Source of the DNA: Bilabrum cf. latius
Lineage: Eukaryota
Length of the DNA: 64,000 bases
Reading direction: 5' to 3'
NCBI GenBank assembly: GCA_965178125.1
Contig: OZ237771.1
Coordinates: 62,001 to 126,000, forward strand
Below, in pieces: positions 50,018 through 62,470 of the stretch. The position numbers were made by a program, and so were the translations under genes. The notes beneath the pieces are model-generated. The model had not been told where the DNA came from. It made no database searches and worked only from the letters and a program-made list of their open reading frames with translations. Numbering within the stretch: position 1 is the stretch's first letter; the number at the start of each line of letters is the position of its first letter.

Positions 50018-53000
50018 TCACGTGTACTTGTTCAGCACCCCCTGCACCTTGTCACGCGTCACCGGTTTCATCGCGATCTCGCTCGCACCCGACGCAAGGA
50101 ACAGCTCCCTGTCCTGCTCGAGCGCATTCCCCGTCACACCCACGATGGGAATGCCAGAGTACCGCGGGTCGCGCTTCAAAGCACTGGCAAACGTGGGCCC
50201 GTCCATGCGAGGCATGGAGAAGTCTAGCAGCACCAGCGAAACACCCTCGCCCACAGTGCGGCCCAGCCCCGCCCCCTCCTGCCCCTCCACGTCGGCATCC
50301 GCGTCTGCACTCCCGCCCTTGGCATCGACAGCCCGCATCTTCTCCAGCGCATCGAGTCCGTCCTCGCCAAGCAGTACATCGCAGCCCAGCTTCTGCACCA
50401 GCCGCTGCAGCATCCGCCGGTTGGAGCGGCTGTCGTCCACCACGAGCACCAGAGGCCGGGCTCGATCCCTGCTCGTTGATTGCTTCACACCCACATGCTC
50501 CTAGTGCGACTTAGCACCATATTTACCATGATCTAACTGACCGGCATGTGCCACAAGCCTCCCATTGTGTACTCGATGGGCAGTTGTACTGGCCAAGTGC
50601 TTGGTACCAGTGCTTGCGGGTACAGTCTCGCTCGACTTGAGCAAATGCTGCTGATGTTGCGGTGCGCCAGCAGATGATGCAAGACTACTTAACTTCCCCT
50701 GGCCTGGCCCTGCTCTGCTTCGCCTGACCACTGCACGCGGCTGCACCGGTACTCGCACCATGAAGAAGAAGATGCATCCCGCACCAGGTGACGACACCCA
50801 CCCGATCACCCCGCGGTGCATCTCCACGATCGCCTGCGAGATGGCCAGCCCGAGCCCAGTGCCCTGTCCGTCCTGCAACACCCCGCTGTTCAGCTGCGAG
50901 AACTCAACGAACACCTTGGATCGATCCCCGGGGGAGATGCCGGGCCCGCCATCCCAGGACCAGAAACACACGGTCCGCATGCCAGAGGCATCACTCTCAT
51001 CGTGAAGCGAATCTGCATTGGGGGCTCTGCCCGTACGCTTGCCCGCAGCCCCGCCTGCGTCTAACGACGACTCACCATTGCCATGGTTGTCTCCCATCAT
51101 ACCGTCACAAGCCCCTGACTCATCCTCTAGCCCCAGCACCCAGCCAACGTTCCCTCGCGTGGAGGCAGAGCAGCAAGCCTCAAGCAAGAGACGGGAAGCA
51201 TCCACGGATGGCCCCAGGTCCTGGACCTGGATATGGCTGGCATTCCCAGTCGTGGAGGTAGGAAGCATGGACCCAGACTCCAGCGCGATGCCACGCGAGT
51301 GGTGTGACGAATGCGGAGTGGACCGGGCTGTCTGGCCGCTCGCTGATGCTGATGCAGACTGGCGGCTGCCTCCGCTCGAGCTCCCCGTGGCGCCGCGCAA
51401 TTGATGTTCCGCAATCGAACCCACTGCCACGGCCTGTCTGACTGCCTCTCGTAGCGTACTGACGGGATTCGCCGCAATGCGATGCAGCATGCGCTCATCT
51501 ACTGGCAGGTTAACCGTACCATCACGCCCTCGATCCGTCGATGGTCTTATCTCACCGCCGCTATTGACCTGAGCCTGTCTAGTCGAATCTTTCAACGCCC
51601 CGCCGTTGGGTCGCTTCGCCGCCCCTTCACAGCTGCCTGCAATCGCTCCAGCCGCTTTGATGCTCAACGTGACTGAACCAGTTTTGCAAGCAGCCTTCGC
51701 GACCTACGTCTAAGCAGTGGCTGTGGCGATGATCCTATCGTTACTAGCTCGGGAGCTGCATGAGCCATGCAAGCTGCTTGTAGTCGACTCGAAATCGACG
51801 CGCCTCCGTGTCTGAAAAGCAGGCATGTCGGGTGCATCAGATCCTGGACTCGCGTTGCCCAAAGCTGCGAGCTACGGCGGGGGAACCCTACCAACCTTCA
51901 CCTACTAGTTGCCGGCGGTGGTATCCGCAAGAGGTGCGGGAGGCCCGCTGGCTGAGGATCCCCGAGATGACACCTCTCCGCATTGCAGTGTAGACGGCGG
52001 GTCGCGAGCCGCCTGAGAGCAAATCCCGACGTGGGATGGATCCGGCCAGGCTGCTTCCGCAAGAGGTCCGTGGTGAGCCCGGTCACCAGCTCCAAGCGAT
52101 CCACCAGATCCCACGTCTGTGTCCTTCACACCCAGCATCTTCTCTATCATAATTCCCACCGCCGCTTCGTTCTTGTTGCAAGACATGGCTGCCACTCGAG
52201 TCAATGATTCCTGGCCAGAAGAGGAATTCGACCCGCTGCGGTTCCATGCACGAGCACTGCCAGCTTTGCCGTTTAGATCAGCCCCCATGCCACTGATAAA
52301 GTCTTCCGCCCAGTCAGCCGGATCATCTGGCTAGTGGTACGCAGCCTCCTGCAGTAACTCTGGATTCGGACTGCTGGTGTCATTGACTAAAGCAGCATCA
52401 ACGGCCTCACGGTTAGGGCCTGATGGCACCCCAGGATCGGTGCCATTGTGCGCTGCACCAAATGGATTACTTGCAGTTTCTGTCGAGCTCTACTGGCTGT
52501 GTCCGTCTAGCACCAGGTCAAACCGGCCAGATCTGACCTCTTTGGACACCTCGGGACTCAGCTCGCCCACCATTCGCCGCAGCTGCCGACTCCTCTTCCT
52601 TCCCAGCCTCCTCCTTTGTTCCTCAGCCGACCACAGGAATGGGGGCAGGGGCGAGCAGCCCACCATCACGGAAGGCTCCAGCAGCGTGCCGGACAGCACG
52701 GCCTGCATGTTCAGGTCCTTCACCCCAATCTTGTCCGGCTCCTCACCCTCTGAATCAAACAAATCTCCAGCCTCGTCCGTGTTCCGTCGCTTCAGAATGC
52801 CCTCCGTCCCATCGAGTTCCCCGGCCTCCAGCGCGTCCTGGATAGCGGCCTGCACCCGGGCGGCGTGCTTGACCCCGTTGGAGGCAAGGTTGCTAAAGAC
52901 CTGCTGCAGACGGGGGGAGTCGGCAAGCAGGCGGTATCCCGTAGACGATACTGACCCAAGATGTGACCCGCTTGATGTGCTACCTTGGTCAAACTCGTTC

Positions 53001-56000
53001 GCACCAGTCGATTCGCGTACAGACCCCGACGCCTGCGAATTGGACGATTCAAAGTTGATGTCGCGGATCCTTGGGCCCGACTGGTCCACATTGTCAGTGT
53101 CGATACCGCCTGTCTTTGCCACGAGTTCAGCGCCGGCAAACACCCGATGCTTTTGCACGATTGACTGCTGTTTCGGTGCGCACTGGCTATTGCGTGTGGC
53201 TCGACGTTGCACTGAACTTCGCCTCTGCTCCTGCGTGGGCGTCCCAGTTGAAGAAGATACAACGGCCATGGGTGCCTTGAATCGAGCACTGACTGCAGGT
53301 AGAGCTCCGTACTAGGTCTAGCGCGATAACGATTCGCCATCCGGGCGTGTGCTGCTGCTGCTGCTGCTGGCCCGGTGGTCGCTTGGAGAAGCCTCCAGTG
53401 GCTGGACCCGTGTGTACGAGTCCGCATCGCTATCGTGCACTGCACCTGCTTGGCCCTTTTGACTGGTGCTCCTACCCCTGCGACGAGTTGAAGCACCGCT
53501 ATGGCCTCGGTCTCGGCCTCGTACGCTCGCTGATCCCGAAGAGCCCCGGCTCCCCGCGCTACGGTCGCGCGTCCCGCGACTCGATCGCTTGCGGAGCATC
53601 ATCCACGCCGCCCCGCTGCTAACATTCGGAGAAGATTGTGCCCTGAGCAGTGCTTCACGCGCTGCATCTTGCGACCATGCGTTCATTACAGTGAGATCCA
53701 CGCCGCGACCGCTGGCCCATGCCCTAAAGGCAGTGGCGGTAGTCCGCAGCAGCACGTGAACCAGGTCGCAAGGGCGCGGCACCACGGTCAGCTTGCCCGC
53801 CTCGATCTTCTGCAGGGCCGATACGTCGTCCAGCACGGAGATCATCGAATCCGCTGCGGCCCCCATGGAGGGCAGCACCTCGTCCAGCTCCGATCGGATG
53901 CCTCGCAGGTCGGCGATGCACCTGCGCAGCATGTTCAGCTTGTCTTCACCAATGGCGAGCACCGTGGGCTAAGTGCTCAGCAGCCCGTGACTGGGCCGAG
54001 ACGCGCGCAATGCAGCGATGGGCAATGCCGTGGAGGACAGCTGCATTTGCGATTGCCCACGCGATGTCTGGCCACCGGTTGGCAACTTGATGGTACCGTT
54101 TGATCGCGCGTTGCCCCCCTACTTCTTTTGTTTTCTCTTTACTACACGCCGCTTCTTCGGCGTGCTAGCATTAGGCAATTCCATGTCCTTGGCTTGCTTG
54201 GCTGCTGCATCAATTGGTGGATCAACGGCTAGACTATCCGCTTGGGCAAGCACTGTCGCAGTCCGTGCATCAGCAGTAGCCTTCATTGCCTAGATATCCT
54301 CATCAATAAGCCCCACTACATTCGATGGCACACCCACGTCCTGGGCCATTGCCTTGAGTGCGCTGAGCACCCCCTTCAGTCTGTTCTCTGCATCCTCCAC
54401 CATGCGCCGCTGGTCCTGGATCTCGGCCAGCCCGAGCACGATCGAATTCAGGGGCTGCCGCACCTCGTGGCTCGTGTATCGGATGCGGGACACCAGCACC
54501 TGCCGCCTAAGCTTGGCCGAGTGCGAGACCAGCATCATGGTGGCCTGTAGTGACACATGACGATACAGCAGCAGCGCCACGGCCAGCTTGATACCCATGT
54601 CAAGCAGAATTTTTGTGCACATGATCACGACTGAAAATTCAACGTCGTCGAGCTCCTTCTGGTCGATACCGAACGCGTGATGCTGCGTGCGAGCAATGGT
54701 TTGAAGCGCTTGCCGGAAGTCGCTAGAGAAGTAGCCTTGCATGTAGGCGCGGGACATGTGCAGTGCCATCGCCATCTCTGGGTTCGAATGAGAGGTCACT
54801 GCGGCGAAATCGTCCCAAGATGAGCAGTCCACACCTAACGCCCGAAAGCTCGCGAGCAATTGCGACGCGCTGGCAGCATCAAACCTGCTCGAATTTGCAA
54901 TAGAGCCACCTGCGTTTGCGGTGCCGTTCAATTGGCCGGTACCTAGCCCCACCGAGCTGACATTGAGCACGATTCTGTTATTCTCAACGAATTCAAGGAA
55001 GACGAAGTCCGGGGCTACGCAAAGAAGGCCTCGCGTACTAGGCCCGAGAATCATCAGAGGGTCAATCCCGAAGTTCACACCGGGCTCTGCGGTAGATGAT
55101 TCCTGATTCTCGTTAGAGAAGAGCCCTGATTCTATGACTGCATCACGTAGTGCCAGTTCTGCGATCAAGTAGCCTTGTAGCAGGTTCACTGGTTGCCCAG
55201 TCATTAGCGGCATGATCCTGGGACACTTTTCCTTTAGGACTGGCCTCGGAAAAGCGTAGGCCATCTGCATGATAGCACCACATACTGCTAGTGCTTTGAG
55301 CACCGATGCAACCGCCACGCTGCTGCCGGCCACGTACTTGGTCACCTCCTGCTCCGGCTCCCAGGGCTTGAGCCGCTTAACAACGCTGGTCTAGTCGTGG
55401 ACTCTGCTAGGTTCGCCACGCTCCCCGCCTTCCCCTCCCTGTCCCAGTCTAAATGGAGCAGATACATTGCCCTGGCTACAACAGGACGGGCACTAGGCAC
55501 AGCAGACTGTCGCTGAATGTGGCGAGTCACACCGTGCAAGTTCGCAACCACACATTTCCGTAAAACCGTTCTATCCACCTGCAACCGGGATTCCCAGCAC
55601 AATCAACACAATTGCAAGTAATGTGATGACAATTGAGGCTGCGAGCAACCCCGGCAAAGATCGCGCTGCAAACGTCTGGTCTACTCCTGCCTCTCCGAAC
55701 AAGTTGCGACGGACCACTTCTAAATAGGCAACGTTCATCACCTTTGCAAGCCTAAATGGGCTTTCTGATGGAGCATTGGCAGATCGATCGTAGATACTGT
55801 GCAGTTCACGGGCAAAAGAAGACGTCAGACTTTCTAGCCTGCCTAGCAGGGCCAATAAATTACCTTTGGTCTCCGCCTGTGCCAGGACGATGGAACGGTT
55901 GAACGAAATAACAGATCGAAACGCAGCCAAGTCTGCGACTACGCCAAGCTGTTCCCGTCTTGCAGCGTCCACAGAGCAGAATAGCTCGGCATTCCCCTGC

Positions 56001-57024
56001 CAGCGCTTGATAGAGTCTACTCCAACGAGAGCTCGTCCTGGGTAGCTGATCCAGTCGCCGTTGTTTCTGTCGAGCTCCATCTCGATCCGACTCAAATCCA
56101 TTCCGATTCCAGAGGCTGCAAATTCGTTGAGATTAAGCGCGGGTGCAAGTCTTTTCCTAGAAATGGTGCTCAACGCTTCTTCCCCCGCCCGTAAGCGCTG
56201 GGAGGCTGTCGCGGCATTTGAGCTCAAGCTCCCGATTACAAGCAAGAAGCTCAGACCCAGCAGTGTCCACGCGCTACTAAGGTTACCATTGGTGCGATTT
56301 GAACACGGACACAGCTAGAGGGAGTGTGCTGGATTTGTCGGTGCCCCCTATGGCTGTTCTTGATCCGAACGCTAGGGCGCGGCCGCCGTCTTCGGCACAG
56401 GCACACTCGGCGCCGAGGCTTGCCCAGTGACAAATATCAGCATGCTTGCCACGGCTCCGAGCCAGACGGTCCTGAGTGGCTGCGTTGTGATGGGAATAAG
56501 CCCACGGGGCAAAATGAGAGCGTCCGGCGCCGTCAGGTCGTCATGGAGCGAGTCGAGCGGCGGTAACCCCAGAGCTAGCAGGCCGTACTCGGTTGCGGTC
56601 GGCGCCAAGGAGACCGCAGCCATGAAACTCCCGCTGTGGGGTACGGATAGATAAGTACCAGGATGCAAACATACTTTATGCTATCATTTAGGAGCGAGAT
56701 CTGCATCGTGCGGTGCAAGGGATCCTTCACAGAGGGGGCCACCTCATTCAAGTCAAATCCTCACATTTGCACCAATCGTCTCATCTGGTCACTAAATGGC
56801 TTCTATTTGTCCACTTGAGATGCTGTTGTAGTGGTACCATCAGAAGCACACCCTGCTGAACACCATTTGCGCCTGTTCGGATTGGCGACGGTGGCGGCAA
56901 GATCGGGTGGGCACTCCCCAGTGCTATCACCAGATGTTGAGCTCATCTGTCCGATCACTAGAAGCAATATTAGGACGCAAATAATTAGTATCGTACAGAT
57001 AAGGGATAATCCGTTGAATACCAC
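50018..57024 (-). CDS. Multi-TM hybrid sensor histidine kinase with C-terminal receiver domain (HK2)
   Basis: Same-frame ORFs from 56635 to TGA 50018 joined by TAG. H, N, G1, F and G2 boxes match HK1. Receiver LVLVVDDSRSNRRML...LVLLDFSMPRMDG...GVTGNA...MKP. Intron 56765-56636 is conserved with HK1. Further TM-coding exons probably extend to ~57724. Confidence 0.9.
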
Positions 57025-58365
57025 CTAAAATACTCGGGCCGCCCTTTTGATGCCCGGTACGCCAGTTTGATCCCTTGACATCGAAATTGCAGTCCAGTCA
57101 TTTGCTGCGCACAAAATGAATCGCCCAAACTCTTGTGAAAAATGTACCTTTCGTGAAACAGGCTACTTGGTTTGGTTTTCATAATTGTTAACCGAATGTC
57201 CAAGACGCATATAGTCCCTCCACAGAAGTTTGCATGCTTAATATTCTTCAAATACTCTTTTAATTAGTGTGGAGCAGGCCTGGTGTGGAGGCCATCTAGG
57301 TACACATGATCCGGACATTTCACTCGAAAAGACTGCAAATGGAATGGACCTCTGCACAGAGAGCGCGGCTCATGTTTATACGCTCTCACCGGCATGCTCA
57401 GCTGCATTGGGCCCTGCGCAGATGTACTACAGCTTGGGACGTATCACATTCGGCGCAACTCGGGCAAAATAGTGCAAGGGTATCCAGACAGCTGTGGCAG
57501 CCACGGGAACTAGCACGCAAGACCAGCTCACCTGACGGAAACCCCAGCAGCTCCAACAAATTAACTCTGGGGACTATAACATCGTAGATAACGTTGTATT
57601 GGTCAGACTTCTGAAGATGATCCCAGTATTGACCGGAGGATACCACAGAGGACGTCTCAACCGACCATAAGATGACGCACATAGCGATAAACATCACGCA
57701 TGCGACTAGCACCGCCGCGGACAATTGTTTCAGAAACTAAGTGTCGCTAAAGCTGTTCATCTGTTGCACTTGGTCCACTGCTGTGGGTCCAGTTCGTCAC
57801 CGGTGTTTCGAGGGTGATGATGGCACCGCTGGTGGCACTTCGGAGGTCGCAAGTTGCCGGTTCTGCCTTCAATGGCACGCTGAATCGTCGCAATATCTAC
57901 CAGCACTCTCAGATGCAGAGTAAATGTAGCTGTGCCAAAGCTGAAGTGCAAACGTAGGCTGCACCGAGTTGGTGACCCCATTTCTAGTGTGTGACGAGCA
58001 AACGTATACCTGCCCCACCCCACCGAATGGCTCACCCATATTGGCACTACATGCGTTACAGGACGCACGACTAGGCTGGCAATCGTGCGTCACATAACAA
58101 TGATCATAGGTGAGGGGTCTATCGTCTCCGCATGGCAGCCACAAGCTGGCGGTCCGGTATTCACAGGGGGGGTGGACCGGGCGCATTTCACGTGCTTGCA
58201 CTCGTTTAACAAAGATCCATCATCCTTTAGCAATCAGCAAAGACTGGATTATCCAACCAAACTGCATCCAAGATGGATGCACACTGGCCCGCCCCAAGCT
58301 AGAACGCCTAGCGACTGTGCCTGTTGCCGGTTGTTCAATTCGACTAGACCCACTAGCTGTCACTC

Positions 58366-60840
58366 TCAGTCGCTGTCGCTGCCAAGGAAGGCCCCGCCGG
58401 GGACAGCCCGCCCCGGGACCTCTCTCATCACACCAATTATCCCACCGTAGCGGTCGTCACCATAGGCACCCTTCAACTGTGCCAGCTCCATCTCCGACGC
58501 ACCTGCTGCCGCAGAATCTCCGACACCTAAAGTGTGACGAGTGCGCCCACCGCTTTCCTCGCTGCTGCCGCTGCCCCACCCGCCGCCGCCGCGATCCACC
58601 CTGTACTCGTCATCCCTCGCGTGCTCATCACCGTCCTCACTCCCATAGCCATCCTCGTCGCTCGGCAGCTCGGTGGAGTCTGACGAGTGCGACCCTCTCC
58701 TGCCCCTGCCACCCCAATGCCTCCTCCCACCCCCGGCACCTCCACCACCACCACCAACATAGGCACCATTGCCACCTGCCATCAAGTCCCCCCGGTCCTC
58801 CTCGTCCAGACCAAACTCGGCCTCCAGCGCAGTGCCGTTATACTGCCCATTCCCCTGTCTCTGCCCCAGCCCCAGCCCCAGCCCACCGCGCGCGGCCGAT
58901 GCACGAGCCCCGGAGGGATACCCGCCCCTCGCACCACTTTGACCACCATGCGCCGCAATTCGATGCACTGGTAAATCGCCTAGTGCACCCTCCTCCGCCG
59001 CTTGTTCCCTGGCGATCCGATCCCTCTCCTCTGCCCGCATGGACTCCTCCTCTAGCCTCTCTCGCTCTTCCAGGGTCCACCACCCGGCGGGCGAATGTTC
59101 GCGAAGGTTCGGTAGCAGGGAAGGAACGTTCATGGATAGCATCGCCTGGAGGTTCCGCTTCCACCCACGGTCGTAGGGGTTGTCCAGCTCCGCCGCTCTC
59201 CTCCTGGTGGCCCTGCCTATATTGCAGGCGCAATCCAGGGCGTCTTCCCTCTCCTGCTACAGCCGATTGTGAGCCTCCTCGCCGATGGTCTGACGCTCTG
59301 CCGCCTCCTCCACCTCGGGTGGGTCGCGGTTGGCGCCGTCTCCCCACCTTCGGTCGAAGTGCGCCTTGATATACTCGTTCGTCGTCATGTTGGATACCAC
59401 CAGCTGCAGGTGCATGCCAGACATGCCGCCCACGCAGCATGTGATGCACAAGCCGTACACGCCCAGCAGTGCACTCGTCACACGAACAATGATGCCGGGC
59501 AAGTGAGCGTGCACAGCTCCGAATGACCATGGGCCTGGGCTGGTGCTAGATCCAGATTGGGTGCTTGCCGGCGCGCTGGCGGCTGCAGGGCTAGGGCGTG
59601 GGCTAGGGCCTGGGCTTGGGCTTGGGCTGGTTGACGGAGAGGACGAGGACGACGAGGATCTGCTCCCCTCATTTTGTTTCTCCTTCTCTTCTTTTAACTC
59701 CTACGTTCGCCTATCGGTACTGTCTTGCCATGTCCCCAGTGCATTGTCGCGGCAGTCTTCGCCCGCACCACAAGAGCGCTGCAGAAGCCCCCCTGCGAGT
59801 TGCCTGGCAGCAGAAGCACTCGCATCCCTTCCTATGTGTTCCCTATCCCCGCATTCGAAAGCTCCCTGCGGGTTCCCCTGAATTATCGGCCGGATGCAAT
59901 CGCTTTCCCAATCACCCCCCTTGCCCATCAGCCCGCCCAGCAGGAACCGACCCCCCCTCGTCCTGGTCCCGGTCCCTCCTCGGCTACTGCGCCGCGTGGG
60001 CCTGTAGTCTCCCATGTCGTCAACCATGCTAAACGCACGGAACCCACTCGTCACACCAACCAGCACGGCCAGCACGGTGGTGAAGAGGAGGAAGCTCACG
60101 AAGAACGGATAATTTCTCTCGGCCACGTCATTGGACACCCAGGGGCAGTAGTGGTCGAACCGCTTCACGCACGTGTTCGTGGTTCTCGAGTGCTTGGCCC
60201 GGGGCGGTCTCCATGTGTTGCACGTGTCGCAGTACTTGTAATTGAGAGGAGACTCTGGTGCGAGCAAGTACCAGCTGGCCGGGGGAGGCGGCGGCCTGAG
60301 CTCTGCCGGGCGCGGAGGCACTATCCCGGGATCAATAGAACTGGTTATTACCAGGCTGCCCATGCTACCCACGAATGCGATAGCAAACGCGCAACCGAGC
60401 AAAGTGAAAAAGCCGCTGCTCAGCGCAGGAAGCACAATCGCGCAGAACGCCAGGCTCGGGAATATGATCAGACAGGCCGCAAATATGCATAGGCCCGGTT
60501 TTGGGCCACAGTTAAGCCTGCCACCGCACGCAAACCACCGCTTTCCCGGAAATTTCAGATATCTCGGCACGTATCTCCCGTCTGCTGGGGTAGCACGACG
60601 AGCTTCATCGGCACTTCCGTTCATCGGCAGATGCTATCCTACGTTTGCAGCACGTTCATTGATTTGTGACTCATTTCTGTGCCCGTTCAGCAGGGTAGCT
60701 TCGTCATGAGACACGCTTGACGATGTCTCGCCATCCGAGTCCTTGCCGTGACCTGCAGCAGATAGGTACTAGGTCTATGAATGGCGTACTCTAAATGTAT
60801 GCGCTGAACGCGCGACCTAGGCAGTCTCTATCTCCTCCAT
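58366..60840 (-). CDS. DHHC-family palmitoyltransferase, DHYC variant
   Basis: FPGKRWFACGGRLNCGP N-terminal motif; DPGIVP; KYCDTCNTWRPPRAKHSRTTNTCVKRFDHYCPWVSNDVAERNYPFF; NMTTNE motif reached only through TAG at 59701. TAG 59257 also read through; TGA 58366. Start uncertain (60840 or 60624). Confidence 0.9.
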
Positions 60841-61055
60841 GAAAGCAAACACGAGGCTTGCGCCTCCAATTTAGGAATTGAAGTTTCCTCATAGCGCGTT
60901 CGTGCAATGCATTTTGATGTAACGTTTGAAATGCGGTATCTCCCGTTGCCTTCCGATTGCGCTGGGGCCAAGAACACTCGACAATTAATAGCTACGTCGT
61001 TATTTGCAAAGCTTTTTGAGATCCGTTTATCAATTTTCCATTAGATAATTGTCAC

Positions 61056-62470
61056 ATGGCATCGGTTGGATACCTGAAAGATGTTTTACACGGAACAAAT
61101 AAGAGAACTGGCTGGCTGGAGAATTTGCCGCTGCCAGTCCGGTCGCTGATAGCTGGGGCCTTCTCAGGGCTTGTGGAGACAAGCCTGACTCATCCTCTGG
61201 ATTTGAGTGAGAAGATTGGAATGTTTCTTTACGGATGATGTGGTCAATTGCTTGCATAGAAGCACATTAATGGTGTTCCGGAAGGTCTATCATCCGGTGT
61301 CCAACCGGACAGTTTGGACAAATGTCGTGCTCCATAGAGCTTCATGCTCACTTCCGGGCTAGAATCAGAATCACTAAGATCGCCATGTACACATGCAGGA
61401 GTTGCGTATTGATACAATTCGCAGCACAGCTGTTACGAAAGGGCTAAGATGAGTCTCGCAGCATGCGTCACACCGTCATACCCAAGTGCCAGTCACTTAT
61501 TGCCAACTTGTTCGCAGTTAAAACCAGGTATCAGCGATGTAGAAGTGCAGGTCAGTCCGCAACCTTGCTTGGAGTTGCTCGAGACGCTGCCAAGGACGGC
61601 CCGCTAACGCTATACCGCGGGTTCTTGCCCAAGATTGCGGGAGTTGTGCCAATGCGAGTGACCTTCTGGGGAGCCCAATCGGCTGCACTCAGATTCTTCG
61701 AGTCAAACGATAGAGGCTTGCCTCAGATCGCGAGAACGTTGGCTGTGGGTGTGTTCGCAGGCACTGCCCAGTCCCTTGTGGATGCACCGATGGACTACTG
61801 CAAGGTCAGGCAGATGACCTCCACGGATGCAAAACCCTCTGGAGTTGCGACAATATTCAGAGATGTGATATCACAGGGCAAGATACCGGGGGCTGTCCCA
61901 ACACTGGCCCGGAATGTGACGTTTGCGATGGTCTTCTCGACGGCTCTCCACTACGGCGCCGCGGACAGCGACGGCAGCGGAACCGTGTTCCTGCGCGGCG
62001 CCGCAGCGGGGGCCGCGGCGAGCATGGCCTCGCAGCCATTCGACACGTGGAAGACTATGAGCCAGGTTAAGGGGGCCAGGGAACAAGGCTTCTTCGAGCT
62101 GGTGGGTGGCCTAAACGGGAGGGGAATGGCGGGCAAGGCCAATGGCGGGGCAGCCGCTGCCGCCTCATACACTGGGTCGGTCAGCTGGTGGAGGTGTAGT
62201 AGTTCCAGATTGTTACCGCCAGCGGTGTCTGTGCTGATGAGCGGGTGGCAGGCCCGAGCAGTGCTAGCGACTACCAACATGGCTGTCGGCGCGCTGGCGT
62301 TCACAACAGCGATGGACGTGTTGACTCCCTCCAGAAAACAGGAGCAGTGGTCATACCATAGGAGAAATAGGAGGGGCTAGCAGGCAGAAGCTGTGCAGGG
62401 CGATCTGTCGCGTGCATCTGAGTTTCGTGGTGTGGGTGGGGTGCTGATGGGAAGCAGCAGCGGTGACTGA
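61056..62470 (+). CDS. Mitochondrial carrier family (SLC25) protein
   Basis: Three PxDxxK signatures: HPLDL|IKTRYQ across intron 61207-61517, APMDYCKVRQM and QPFDTWKTMSQ. With TAG 62378 read as Gln, the first stop is TGA 62468-62470. Confidence 0.88.

Noticed and set aside
50018-50494. Stand-alone response regulator gene
   Set aside because: It is in frame with the kinase via TAG at 50501, so it is the receiver domain of hybrid HK2.
11471-57024. Cluster of pseudogenes or sequencing errors explaining the broken ORFs
   Set aside because: Interruptions are TAG rather than TAA/TGA or frameshifts over many kb, catalytic motifs are intact, and TAG aligns to Gln.
501-60709. Many long antisense or alternate-frame ORFs (e.g. 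4323-4979, 9492-10136, 52377-53315, 58110-59369)
   Set aside because: Shadows of real genes on the opposite strand in GC-rich DNA, with no independent motifs.
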